Positions 46,001-53,623 of a stretch of 55,441 nt of DNA are shown here, one piece after another. This DNA comes from a virus (lineage: Duplodnaviria > Caudoviricetes): positions 1-55,441 of the IMG/VR virus record IMGVR_UViG_3300032327_000488; one strand, written 5' to 3'. A program made the translations under genes and the position numbers. Every line of letters begins with the position of its first letter. Within the stretch, counting starts at the first letter, position 1. Below the pieces are notes generated by a model. The model was given only the letters and a program-made list of their open reading frames with translations, was not told where the DNA came from and did no database searches.

Positions 46001-46269
46001 TCAATACCAGCCAAATAACGAGCAGTCGTCAACAAGTCATCATCTGGATACGTACCATCAGCCACCCGCGAAACGTACAGACGGCCAAGCGCAGCCTTCG
46101 CAACACTCGTACGCTCCTGCGCCTCATCCGCAGCGTAAGCCTGCAACATGGCATCATTCGCCTCAAGCAGATCCATCACATAATTCGACACAGCCTCATC
46201 CACAAGAACAGCCGCGCCCTCAGGATCAGCAGCAAAAGCCGCATCAATCACGCTCACCAAATCAGTCAC
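42958..46269 (-). CDS. Large head-associated polyvalent protein with a degenerate JAB/MPN-like domain
   Basis: 1103 aa; ISK|A then VERDPATGRF tag; GVLIDADGKVVSQSVG...QYVRTRVAGGLTGEDI..ARMATVVSSSGVFSL. Confidence 0.75.
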   Translation of the reverse strand: MTDLVSVIDAAFAADPEGAAVLVDEAVSNYVMDLLEANDAMLQAYAADEAQERTSVAKAALGRLYVSRVADGTYPDDDLLTTARYLAGIEEFISKARFGEMWNMNGKKKQVFVERDPATGRFGRVVDTQRKTSALGAGAGLSPAIVATGNIADGKYSDGVKDSPEEKRKLDEHQSQYEQASGHAKELYRQFGGDSKGIMVEMEVLRDGQKMQPSLSFPLSAARNGLPNDVAMTLNPLSDQIISLEVAVSPDASSAAQKRVARFNTFGYVGGDAATTALDSGSFKQTFGRRGVDESGSAVLFDRMRGASNILAATGNAKAAGFAGLVGTLGPEAEEVLGPYVRQSAYRYRGTEKTPDASLRQEFASQDMKSVRAIADGNVAGSAFDDEQGLRGRGIVTGAYLARRRDASGDQLALQVQSDVAAAHLARTLPTDSFTARLSEASGHVLPSQGVLIDADGKVVSQSVGYADDHYLPFNLKNMAALRGGQYVRTRVAGGLTGEDIYASVSSGARMATVVSSSGVFSLEFDPNFRGARGNSDKARQIYGRYLKILDAVNNSGMYLKDVSPQVYDDADRTARLLTSNLPASADTNDERTKIRNRILDEKRDEQRSGINPEEVQAEAEAAARKEPGFARLSGQEQARRVADVYDEIKFERQNESVQDLALNAAGYEVALKTLQQQFPYFIRNVSYEPLATGRTGREGSGFLTSRGADDRVGAVLQSSSRRDRGYTPAGQLRPSVGYKKPAASGATSSSSGGVSSSSTPKSSEEPKSPDAPSAPSAQRSAPLLDRLKLYDAPAKTAVNQAYTALNSTVSSVNTVQPAHDSWRDAVDSGDSNAMAAFLLKDPRELRSLIESDPVALRVASDSKAMTSAFRYLFGPSVKDDVIAHDSSMSEAFGGAKSSSDAGKYVVSLVDDLVSASNLINPFSGVGDDPFYMGAKPQLTSNLVGITNRAQLNAFEAGPGRAIALLPVPSDTESLFTALKGLPDAWEKARSEVVSNPASLLPKMAQMSGIPPEGLQLLTGKNNPGPSDFEPSAVAAQALLFQQARALKRVREVIDVMDPAGGGSPKVQPLAKGLSSRRVRVLPRDHPRSVDVMLRKAVGLPLV
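43049..43078 (-). other. Putative -1 frameshift signal C CCA AAA plus a 7-bp hairpin
   Basis: In-frame heptamer at 43072-43078; stem AGCCCCT/AGGGGCT (43049-43067) begins 4 nt downstream. Confidence 0.7.
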
Positions 46270-48977
46270 GACACACCCTCCATCGCACTAGCGTACCGCT
46301 TATAACGCGCACTAGTCGTATCCACAGGCGACAAACCACGCCCCGGACCATACAACCCAGCACGCGCACGATCAGAAGCCTTCGCCTCAATACGAGACAA
46401 ACTCCTACTACGACGACGCGCAATCTTCGCAGACTTCGCAGACGTATACCCAGACGCCAACATAGCAGCACTAGTCACCGCAACAGCAGGACGATTCACA
46501 GGACGACGCCGCGCATCATGAGCCAACATCCACCCAGACAAACCAGTCAACCCAGCGTTACCAACAGCATTAGCCCGATTCTCGTTACGCTCAAACCTCA
46601 AATGACGGTAACCCGCCTCAGACTCAGGCGAAACACGACGAAAATCAATCGCTTTCGCCAAATCATCCCACTTATTGTCCTTCACCCGCTGCTTAAACCA
46701 ATCAGGCATAGGAACACGAGGACCCTCACTGGCAGGCGCAACAGCGCCTGGACGATTCTGACCCGGAACAAACGTCAAATGCTTCTGATGAACAGCCGTC
46801 TGCCGACCATCCAGCAACACGTTGAAATAGTCCTTATCATGCCGATTCAGAACCTTAATCATCTTCCCCGTAGGGCCATACTTCGCAAGGAAAGGCAAAC
46901 CCTTCACCACCTCACCCTGAACCATCTTTCTCACAAACACACCACCGCTCCCGCGAGGATGCTCACGCTCCTCCCACTTATTTGCCCCATACACAGGAGC
47001 ACCAGCAAGAGTCGAATAACCCACAGCACGACGAGTCTTACCCAAGAAAGGACGACCACCCGGCAACATGCCATACCAGTCAATAGGCTGACCGTTCTCC
47101 TTACCAGCAAGAAAACTTTGAGCCTCAGGCGACAACTTAGAACGCGCACGTTCCGGCGTCGTCATACCAAGACGAGCACCCCGAATATGGCTACGAACAG
47201 CACGCACATCTTTAGGACTCAAACCAGAAAGCTCAGGAGTAATAGTGCGCGCCGCATACCCGCCATAAGCATACCCAGGCACATACTTAATGCCCTTCTG
47301 CCTCCACGCCGTATAACCCTGACGGCCACCATCCATAGCGCTCTTATCTTCCGTATACCCAGCAGAACGCCACAACATCCCAGGAGACTTTGAATCCCCC
47401 AAATTACCGCGGATCTCCCGAACAAGACCAGAAGCAATTCCATTACCTTGAGCCCACGGCTCAAGTTTCATGTTATTAACCTTCACGTGCCCCGTCGGCA
47501 AAACCATCGCCTCAACAAAACCAGCCCTACGATGCCGACCAGTCTCCGGATGCGGATACGTAATATCAGCCTGAAAAGTACGCGCACCAAGAGGCGAAAC
47601 AGACCGCCCCTTCTCATTAGTCAACCACGACTTGTTTTTGATGCGCGCGCCTGACTGCAAAAAATCAGACGGAATAATCTCGTCAAGGATCCCTGAAGCA
47701 CGCCTATCAAAACGGGCTTCCACTTTACGGCCGAGCGCAGTCATAGGAGCCGTGCGGCTCACAGGCCCAGCAATCTGCTGATACGTGCGATTAAACCGCC
47801 CCAACGCAGCAACAGACGCCTTCTCAACTTTCATACCCCCGGCAACCATGTTGTCGTAAGCATTCGGATACGGGCGACCAGCAGCACGAGCACGCGCCTT
47901 AGCACGCGCCAACTCCTTTGGAGAAAGAGCCTTCTCCACTGAACGCGCTATATCGCGTTTCCTAGCTCGACTCATGATGTCGTCTCGACGTATTTCTTTC
48001 GGCAAAGGAGCCCGAAGCAACTTAGGCGCAGCAGCGTCTATACCCTTCGGATACAGACGGCTCGGGCCTCCCATAGACTCACCTGCTTGAGGCGTCAAAA
48101 AAGAAACAACACGATGTTTCTTTTTTTCTTTAAAGCCGCTGCGATGAGCATATCCGCTAGCCTGCTCACGGCTGGCAGACGTATAAGCCCCTGGGCCGCC
48201 AAGTCCATCCGTCGAAGGCCGAATAAACCCCTCACGCTTAATGCTTCTAGCGTTCGCCAATGTAGTGCCATGAAAACGACGAACCGCCACCATTTTCGAC
48301 ACAGGATCACGCCGACGCTCCAAACGCTGCTGAGCCGCATAATTAAACGAACCAGCAGAACCCACACCAATGGCACCAACACCAAGAGTATTAGACGCAG
48401 ACGTCGCAGCAGCCTCACGCGAAGCAACCTGAGCAAGACGCGCCGACCGCACACCCCGCGAAGCCAACGCCTTAGCGCCCTGCGGAGTACGCAACCCCAG
48501 CGCAGTCAAACCCATCGTCCCCGAAACAAGAGACAACGAACGACCAGCAGACCTATGCCGATCCAACTTACGCGCCTCAGACTCAGACAAAGCCTTCGCA
48601 ACACGATCCTGATACGTCGCATAATGCACCGCAGGCTTCACCACATCACGGCCCAACTGCACACGATCCACACTCTTACGGTCGCGCAACGCCTGATACC
48701 CGCCAACAACCAAAGGCACACTCGACAACTGCATACCACGCTGCACCAACCGGCCACCCGCGTCAGGAATATGCGAACCCGAAGACAAACCCCCAGGACG
48801 CTTACGCGCAGACCGATAAGCAGCAACCGCCACATTCGCAGTCCCACGACGAGCAAGACGCAAATCCAAACCATGACCAACAAGCTTCGCACCAGCAAGC
48901 AACCCCGCACCCGCAGCAATACGCTCCGCCGCAACACGAGGATTAGGCTTGCCCTCCGGCTGACTGGTTTCCGCCAT
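46266..48977 (-). CDS. Modular head-cargo polyprotein (Gly-zipper, ART-like, GNAT-like and SH3-like cassettes)
   Basis: GGAGG RBS; FHGTT...GPGAYTS...ASGYA; LEPWAQGNGIASGLV; EHPRGSGGVF; VxK separators; occupies the post-portal (MuF) position. Confidence 0.75.
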   Translation of the reverse strand: MAETSQPEGKPNPRVAAERIAAGAGLLAGAKLVGHGLDLRLARRGTANVAVAAYRSARKRPGGLSSGSHIPDAGGRLVQRGMQLSSVPLVVGGYQALRDRKSVDRVQLGRDVVKPAVHYATYQDRVAKALSESEARKLDRHRSAGRSLSLVSGTMGLTALGLRTPQGAKALASRGVRSARLAQVASREAAATSASNTLGVGAIGVGSAGSFNYAAQQRLERRRDPVSKMVAVRRFHGTTLANARSIKREGFIRPSTDGLGGPGAYTSASREQASGYAHRSGFKEKKKHRVVSFLTPQAGESMGGPSRLYPKGIDAAAPKLLRAPLPKEIRRDDIMSRARKRDIARSVEKALSPKELARAKARARAAGRPYPNAYDNMVAGGMKVEKASVAALGRFNRTYQQIAGPVSRTAPMTALGRKVEARFDRRASGILDEIIPSDFLQSGARIKNKSWLTNEKGRSVSPLGARTFQADITYPHPETGRHRRAGFVEAMVLPTGHVKVNNMKLEPWAQGNGIASGLVREIRGNLGDSKSPGMLWRSAGYTEDKSAMDGGRQGYTAWRQKGIKYVPGYAYGGYAARTITPELSGLSPKDVRAVRSHIRGARLGMTTPERARSKLSPEAQSFLAGKENGQPIDWYGMLPGGRPFLGKTRRAVGYSTLAGAPVYGANKWEEREHPRGSGGVFVRKMVQGEVVKGLPFLAKYGPTGKMIKVLNRHDKDYFNVLLDGRQTAVHQKHLTFVPGQNRPGAVAPASEGPRVPMPDWFKQRVKDNKWDDLAKAIDFRRVSPESEAGYRHLRFERNENRANAVGNAGLTGLSGWMLAHDARRRPVNRPAVAVTSAAMLASGYTSAKSAKIARRRSRSLSRIEAKASDRARAGLYGPGRGLSPVDTTSARYKRYASAMEGVS

Positions 48978-50445
48978 CACTACCTCCCGGTGTCATCCCC
49001 TGCTGAGCAGCCACATACTCCGCATTAGCCTGAGCAAAACGAGTCGCCTCACTACGCATCTGCAACAACCGACGCTGCTCAACCTGGTCATCATCCAACT
49101 CAGGCAAACGCGCAGCCGAACGAAGAAAGTTCTCCAAATTCCCATCCGGAAACCAAGAAACACCCATCGAAGCCATCGAAGACATAAACGACGACAACAC
49201 CGTAATATCCGGCGCATCAACATCCGTCGGCACAATCTTCGGCAACTCCGCAGGCTTCCACCCATTCACCAAAAACAATTTCGGAATCGCATGCCGGTTA
49301 ATCGTGTCCGCAATCGACTGCGTAATCGAATTCAACGACGTACGAAAAATACCCGTCTTATCCGTATGCAACGAATACGACCCACCACCCTGATGACCAA
49401 CCATAATGAAATCAGCCAACACACTCATCAAAATGCGTTCCTCATACCGGCGAATAATCACATCCGTATTGAACGCTCGAGCGCCACCACCACCCAGCAA
49501 CTCAAACGAATACAACGGCTGCTTCGTGTCCTGATCATACGCGGCAGGAAAAACCATACCCTCCTGATCATTACGACGAACCGACTTCACCAGCTTACGA
49601 AACGCATCAACACTCTTCGCCTGATCACTACCCGGCTTCGCCCGCAACATCTCCGCAGGCACCTTCACCATAGGCAAACCAGCAAGATCACGCTCAACAC
49701 CAATAGACTCAAACTCTTCCATCCGCTTCTTAAAAAACCACGGACGGTAAGCACCACGAAGCATCGAAACACCCTCAGGGCTGTTCTTATGATGCCGATA
49801 CCGGAACAACAAACTGCGCTCCATCGGAACCACAACAGTCCGATAATTCGGCGGCGCAATCTGCGTCATACCAATCGCATCACCCGAATCATCAAACACC
49901 CAACGCAGCAACGTATCCTGCGAACGAATCGGCATCTTACGCCAACCCACACGACCATCAGACTGACTCGAACGACGCTTAGGATCCTTCTCCCACGGCC
50001 CCTGACGACGCTTATACACAACCTCATGCCACGACCAGCCATACACCAACATAGAAAGAACTTCAGAAATGAAGTCATCCCATGTATGAGACATATCCTC
50101 CATGCACGTCTCAACAAACTTAGCCGCCTCAGCGTCCTCCTTTGACTTACCCGCAGGCTCCACATGCCAATCTACGTTACGAAGCAGCCGGTCAATCGAA
50201 AACAACAACGCCGCCACAATCGGGTCGTTCAGCGACATTTCCTTAAAAACCTCAACGCCCTTACGGCCCTTAACCTGAGGAAGGAACTCCTCATCAAGAT
50301 ACCCAGACGCACGCCGCAAACCAGACGAACCCAACTCCAAAAACGGAGAAGCCGACTCGCCAGCTTTCAACTCTTCAGAGTCGTTAATTACCGAAGAAAG
50401 ATTAACCGAACCCTCTCTCGGACGAAGAACAGAGTCATCACTCAT
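48943..50445 (-). CDS. Portal protein (DUF935/Mu gp29-like)
   Basis: ELGSSGL...EEFLP...NDPIV; YGWS.HEVVY; PEG.SMLR.AYRPW; GVERDLAGLP; GSYSL; INRHAIPKL. Confidence 0.9.
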   Translation of the reverse strand: MSDDSVLRPREGSVNLSSVINDSEELKAGESASPFLELGSSGLRRASGYLDEEFLPQVKGRKGVEVFKEMSLNDPIVAALLFSIDRLLRNVDWHVEPAGKSKEDAEAAKFVETCMEDMSHTWDDFISEVLSMLVYGWSWHEVVYKRRQGPWEKDPKRRSSQSDGRVGWRKMPIRSQDTLLRWVFDDSGDAIGMTQIAPPNYRTVVVPMERSLLFRYRHHKNSPEGVSMLRGAYRPWFFKKRMEEFESIGVERDLAGLPMVKVPAEMLRAKPGSDQAKSVDAFRKLVKSVRRNDQEGMVFPAAYDQDTKQPLYSFELLGGGGARAFNTDVIIRRYEERILMSVLADFIMVGHQGGGSYSLHTDKTGIFRTSLNSITQSIADTINRHAIPKLFLVNGWKPAELPKIVPTDVDAPDITVLSSFMSSMASMGVSWFPDGNLENFLRSAARLPELDDDQVEQRRLLQMRSEATRFAQANAEYVAAQQGMTPGGSDGGNQSAGGQA

Positions 50446-51665
50446 CAACGCTCCCCAGAGCCCTTGACGTACCATGAATCAATCTGATCACGGCTCATAT
50501 TACCGGCAGGCAAACCCGCCCGATAAGCAGCCGCCTTCGCCTTACCATGATCAATCGCCGCACGGCGACCAACCACAGCCTGAGAAGCATACCGCGGCTG
50601 GGCAGGCTTAGACCCATAACTACGCGAACGCTCCACGCCCACCATGCCGCCCACCATGCCAGCAAAACCAACACCAGCAGCAACACGACCGCCCCGAGCA
50701 ACACGACCAAACGTACGCGTCACCTTAGGAGCAGTAGCAGTAAACCCACGCCACTTACCCGCAGCCTCAGACGCCTTCTGACGCGCGTGCTTAGCAGCAA
50801 ACTCCTGCTGATTCTTCAACTCACCAAGATCAACCATCTGCTTTGCACGCGTAGCCTGCACCCGCTTTGCCTCAGCGACATCAGCAGGATTCGAACGATC
50901 CATCACGCGAGTAGCCTTCTCGTCATCAAACAAAGGCACCTTACGGCGATCCTTACCCCGCCCGTCCAACCAACCATTCAACGTATTCCACTGACGAGTT
51001 GAACCCGCAAGTTGACTATCAGCAGCCTGAGCGGCAGTACGCATACCAAACGCACGATTCTTAGCCGAACGGAAATCATCACGCAACGCGGAACGCGCAC
51101 GATCATCAGCCGCTTGAGCGCCAGCAACACGACGCTGCCCATACACAGACGCGCCAACACCAGCCAACCCCACACCAGCGCCCACACCAGCGCCAGCCAT
51201 GTAACGACGTTGATCAGACTTCACAACTCTCATAGTACGCAAAGCTCCTCGCGTAGCAGCCTGCGGCCAGTTAAACCGCGTCGGAGTCGGACCAAACTTC
51301 TTCGGGACAAACTTAGGCTGAGTCTCAAGCGTCTCAGACTCACCCAAACGCCTCAAATGCTCACGCGCAAGATCACCCTCAGGACCGCCACGAGCCACAT
51401 GCTCACGCAAACCATGAACCCGAGACGAAGCCGTAGGCTTCCACTCCCGATTGTCCTTCGTGTGCCGTTCAAACCGGATCCGCTCATTCAACTTCGCCCG
51501 ATGATAGCGATTCGTCCGATTCATATAGACAAGCTCATTTGCGGCAAAACCCGCAATACCCACCTGAGCAGCGCGATGAATACGATCAGCCCGGTCATCA
51601 TCGCTTTTCGACTTCTGCTCATTCCGCCCAACAACACCAACAGCACCAAATCGTTGTTGAGTCAT
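50445..51665 (-). CDS. Cationic glycine-zipper protein upstream of the portal (putative head cargo)
   Basis: Arg-rich; MAGAGVGAGVGLAGVGA and VAAGVGFAGMVGGMVG helices; stop overlaps the portal start. Confidence 0.65.
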   Translation of the reverse strand: MTQQRFGAVGVVGRNEQKSKSDDDRADRIHRAAQVGIAGFAANELVYMNRTNRYHRAKLNERIRFERHTKDNREWKPTASSRVHGLREHVARGGPEGDLAREHLRRLGESETLETQPKFVPKKFGPTPTRFNWPQAATRGALRTMRVVKSDQRRYMAGAGVGAGVGLAGVGASVYGQRRVAGAQAADDRARSALRDDFRSAKNRAFGMRTAAQAADSQLAGSTRQWNTLNGWLDGRGKDRRKVPLFDDEKATRVMDRSNPADVAEAKRVQATRAKQMVDLGELKNQQEFAAKHARQKASEAAGKWRGFTATAPKVTRTFGRVARGGRVAAGVGFAGMVGGMVGVERSRSYGSKPAQPRYASQAVVGRRAAIDHGKAKAAAYRAGLPAGNMSRDQIDSWYVKGSGER

Positions 51666-51712
51666 ACGCTTAATAATGCCAACACAACAAACACTAAACA
51701 AGCCGTTAGAGG

Positions 51713-51961
51713 CTAATCGTCCTCACCATTGTCCTGACTCAACTGCTCAGCAGCCCACTGAATCATCCCGTAACTAGACCACGGCGGCGTATGCCCATCA
51801 GTGACCGTAACCAACTCATGGCGACCATCCTCAGTACCAATAGCCTCAACAATGATCACAAACCCAGACACAAGAACATCCCGGCCCACTGCCTCAGCAG
51901 TCACCCGAGCCAGAATCTCCTCAAGAGCCGCATTTCTTGACGTGTCACTCACTGTCATCAC
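51713..51961 (-). CDS. Hypothetical protein
   Basis: 82 aa; VSGFVIIVE...PPWSSYGM pattern; fits the operon. Confidence 0.6.
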   Translation of the reverse strand: MMTVSDTSRNAALEEILARVTAEAVGRDVLVSGFVIIVEAIGTEDGRHELVTVTDGHTPPWSSYGMIQWAAEQLSQDNGEDD

Positions 51962-52139
51962 TCATCAACGCATCCATCGCCTTATCAATGACAGAAGACA
52001 AATGGTTAAACAAATGCTCACAATCACCCTCAAACGACAAAGTGATCTTTCCACCCGTATCCATATCATTCAAAACAACCTGAATAGGGTGCTTCACCTC
52101 AGCAGCAAACAACACCGCGCACTTACCAGACTCAGTCAC
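51945..52139 (-). CDS. Hypothetical protein
   Basis: 64 aa; GGAGG upstream; coupled to the phosphoesterase stop. Confidence 0.55.
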   Translation of the reverse strand: MTESGKCAVLFAAEVKHPIQVVLNDMDTGGKITLSFEGDCEHLFNHLSSVIDKAMDALMSDDSE

Positions 52140-53170
52140 GAATCCTCCAAAATGACGTCAATGCGCTGCACAACACACCCTCTATCTGGGTCAATGAAAT
52201 GCAAACGCTGCGAAGGAACACCAGACGCCGCCAACCCTACCAGCGCATACCGGTTATCAGACTCAGTCGCCCCGTTGAAATACACGCGGCCCCGACCATC
52301 AGCCAACGTCAACTCCATCGGCGTGTGATAGTGATGGCAGTACACGTCCTGAAACGCCCAAGGAAAAGACGTCCGCCACCGGTTCACATGCTGAACAATC
52401 GTCGAAGGCGACGCATAGCCATTCCGACCAATCTCATCACCATGAATCACCAGCGCCCGATAATTACCAATCGTCAACCGTTGCACATCCTCAATCGAAT
52501 CCTCCCACGTGAGGCGACCCGACTCCACATCAGCAATCACATGCTGACGGGCCAGAATATATGCCATACGGTCAAGATTAGTAGCCGCCGGAACAGCATC
52601 ACGCTTCGACCCGATACGGCCATGATTACCCCACTCAGCCGTCACATCCACAGTCTCATAAACAGACAAAGCCTCACGAACAACCTCAGCCATCAACGCA
52701 GCCACAATCACCACTTGGGCGATAGGTTCCTCTTCCACTTCCCACGCCTGCGTCGGATAGTTCCACAACCCCTCGATCATGTCCCCGCCGAAAGCGATAT
52801 GGCATCGACGCACAGGCCGAGAGTGACGCTGCTCCTCCGTGAAATATTTAGCCTTATGCACATACAGGCGCACACGATCTTTCATCACCTGCGTGTTGTA
52901 GGAAGGCGTAACCTTCGTTCCCTGCCAATCGCCAAGGTTCCACAACGCCACATGCTCCCCACGCATACGCACATCAGAAGTAGGCGGGGTAACCGCGGGA
53001 AGGCTATGAGCAATCAGGTGGTCTTTAGCGGAACGATACACAGCCTCAACAACGAGACCACTACGGTCACGAGCCTTAGCCACGTCACGCCTAGCCCGAA
53101 CCAACGCTTCTTGAAGTTCATACACTTGCGCTTCGAGCTTCGCAACGGAAAGAGCTTCAGATGCTTCCAT
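52136..53170 (-). CDS. Calcineurin-like metallophosphoesterase with an N-terminal coiled coil
   Basis: GDWQ, GGDMIEG, GNHGR, HGD and HHYH motifs; start coupled by TAATG. Confidence 0.8.
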   Translation of the reverse strand: MEASEALSVAKLEAQVYELQEALVRARRDVAKARDRSGLVVEAVYRSAKDHLIAHSLPAVTPPTSDVRMRGEHVALWNLGDWQGTKVTPSYNTQVMKDRVRLYVHKAKYFTEEQRHSRPVRRCHIAFGGDMIEGLWNYPTQAWEVEEEPIAQVVIVAALMAEVVREALSVYETVDVTAEWGNHGRIGSKRDAVPAATNLDRMAYILARQHVIADVESGRLTWEDSIEDVQRLTIGNYRALVIHGDEIGRNGYASPSTIVQHVNRWRTSFPWAFQDVYCHHYHTPMELTLADGRGRVYFNGATESDNRYALVGLAASGVPSQRLHFIDPDRGCVVQRIDVILEDS

Positions 53171-53406
53171 TAGACACAAGCACACAGTCCACGGCGATGC
53201 CTCGTCACTGAATGTGCCGAAATCTTGTGACCCATCAACTCAAGCGACCGTTCAATGAGGACAGTCTTAACGTCCCTATCAGCGAGAGCGTCAAGTGTTT
53301 GCTTACGTGACTGTTCAGTCATGTTTTCGAGGATGCGGCTCATGGCGCAGTTACGTACCGGGGAAGATTCCACTGTTGCCTTCGCTAGTGCCTCAGAAAA
53401 GTCCAC
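53170..53406 (-). CDS. Small hypothetical protein (possible Zn/HTH)
   Basis: 78 aa; C...HRRGLCAC; coupled to both neighbours. Confidence 0.6.
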   Translation of the reverse strand: MDFSEALAKATVESSPVRNCAMSRILENMTEQSRKQTLDALADRDVKTVLIERSLELMGHKISAHSVTRHRRGLCACV

Positions 53407-53621
53407 TAGGAACCAATCGGGTTACCGTGAGTAAGGACAAGGTTGGCCCACGTCTGCTCATCGACAGTGAGCACGGGGACCTTCTGTGCTTGCCAGCCGG
53501 AAGGGCGCAGCAGCGTGATCTTTCCCGTGTGCAGCAGGTAAACGGCTTTCGTTGACTTCCTGACAATGATCATGGTGAAAGCATACACAGTCGCCATGAC
53601 AATCTCCATGACACGCGCCAT
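53406..53621 (-). CDS. Hypothetical protein
   Basis: 71-aa ORF filling the gap after terL; start uncertain. Confidence 0.5.
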   Translation of the reverse strand: MARVMEIVMATVYAFTMIIVRKSTKAVYLLHTGKITLLRPSGWQAQKVPVLTVDEQTWANLVLTHGNPIGS

Positions 53622-53623
53622 GT

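Noticed and set aside
43615-46305. Long plus-strand ORFs (896 aa here; also 22808-24283, 34659-35849 and others)
   Set aside because: Antisense shadows of minus-strand genes; the strand skew depletes stop codons, and the products are R/T/H/N-rich with no motifs
46266-48977. Calling the post-portal ORF MuF/gp7
   Set aside because: No MuF signature (e.g. PP.HPNCRC) is visible
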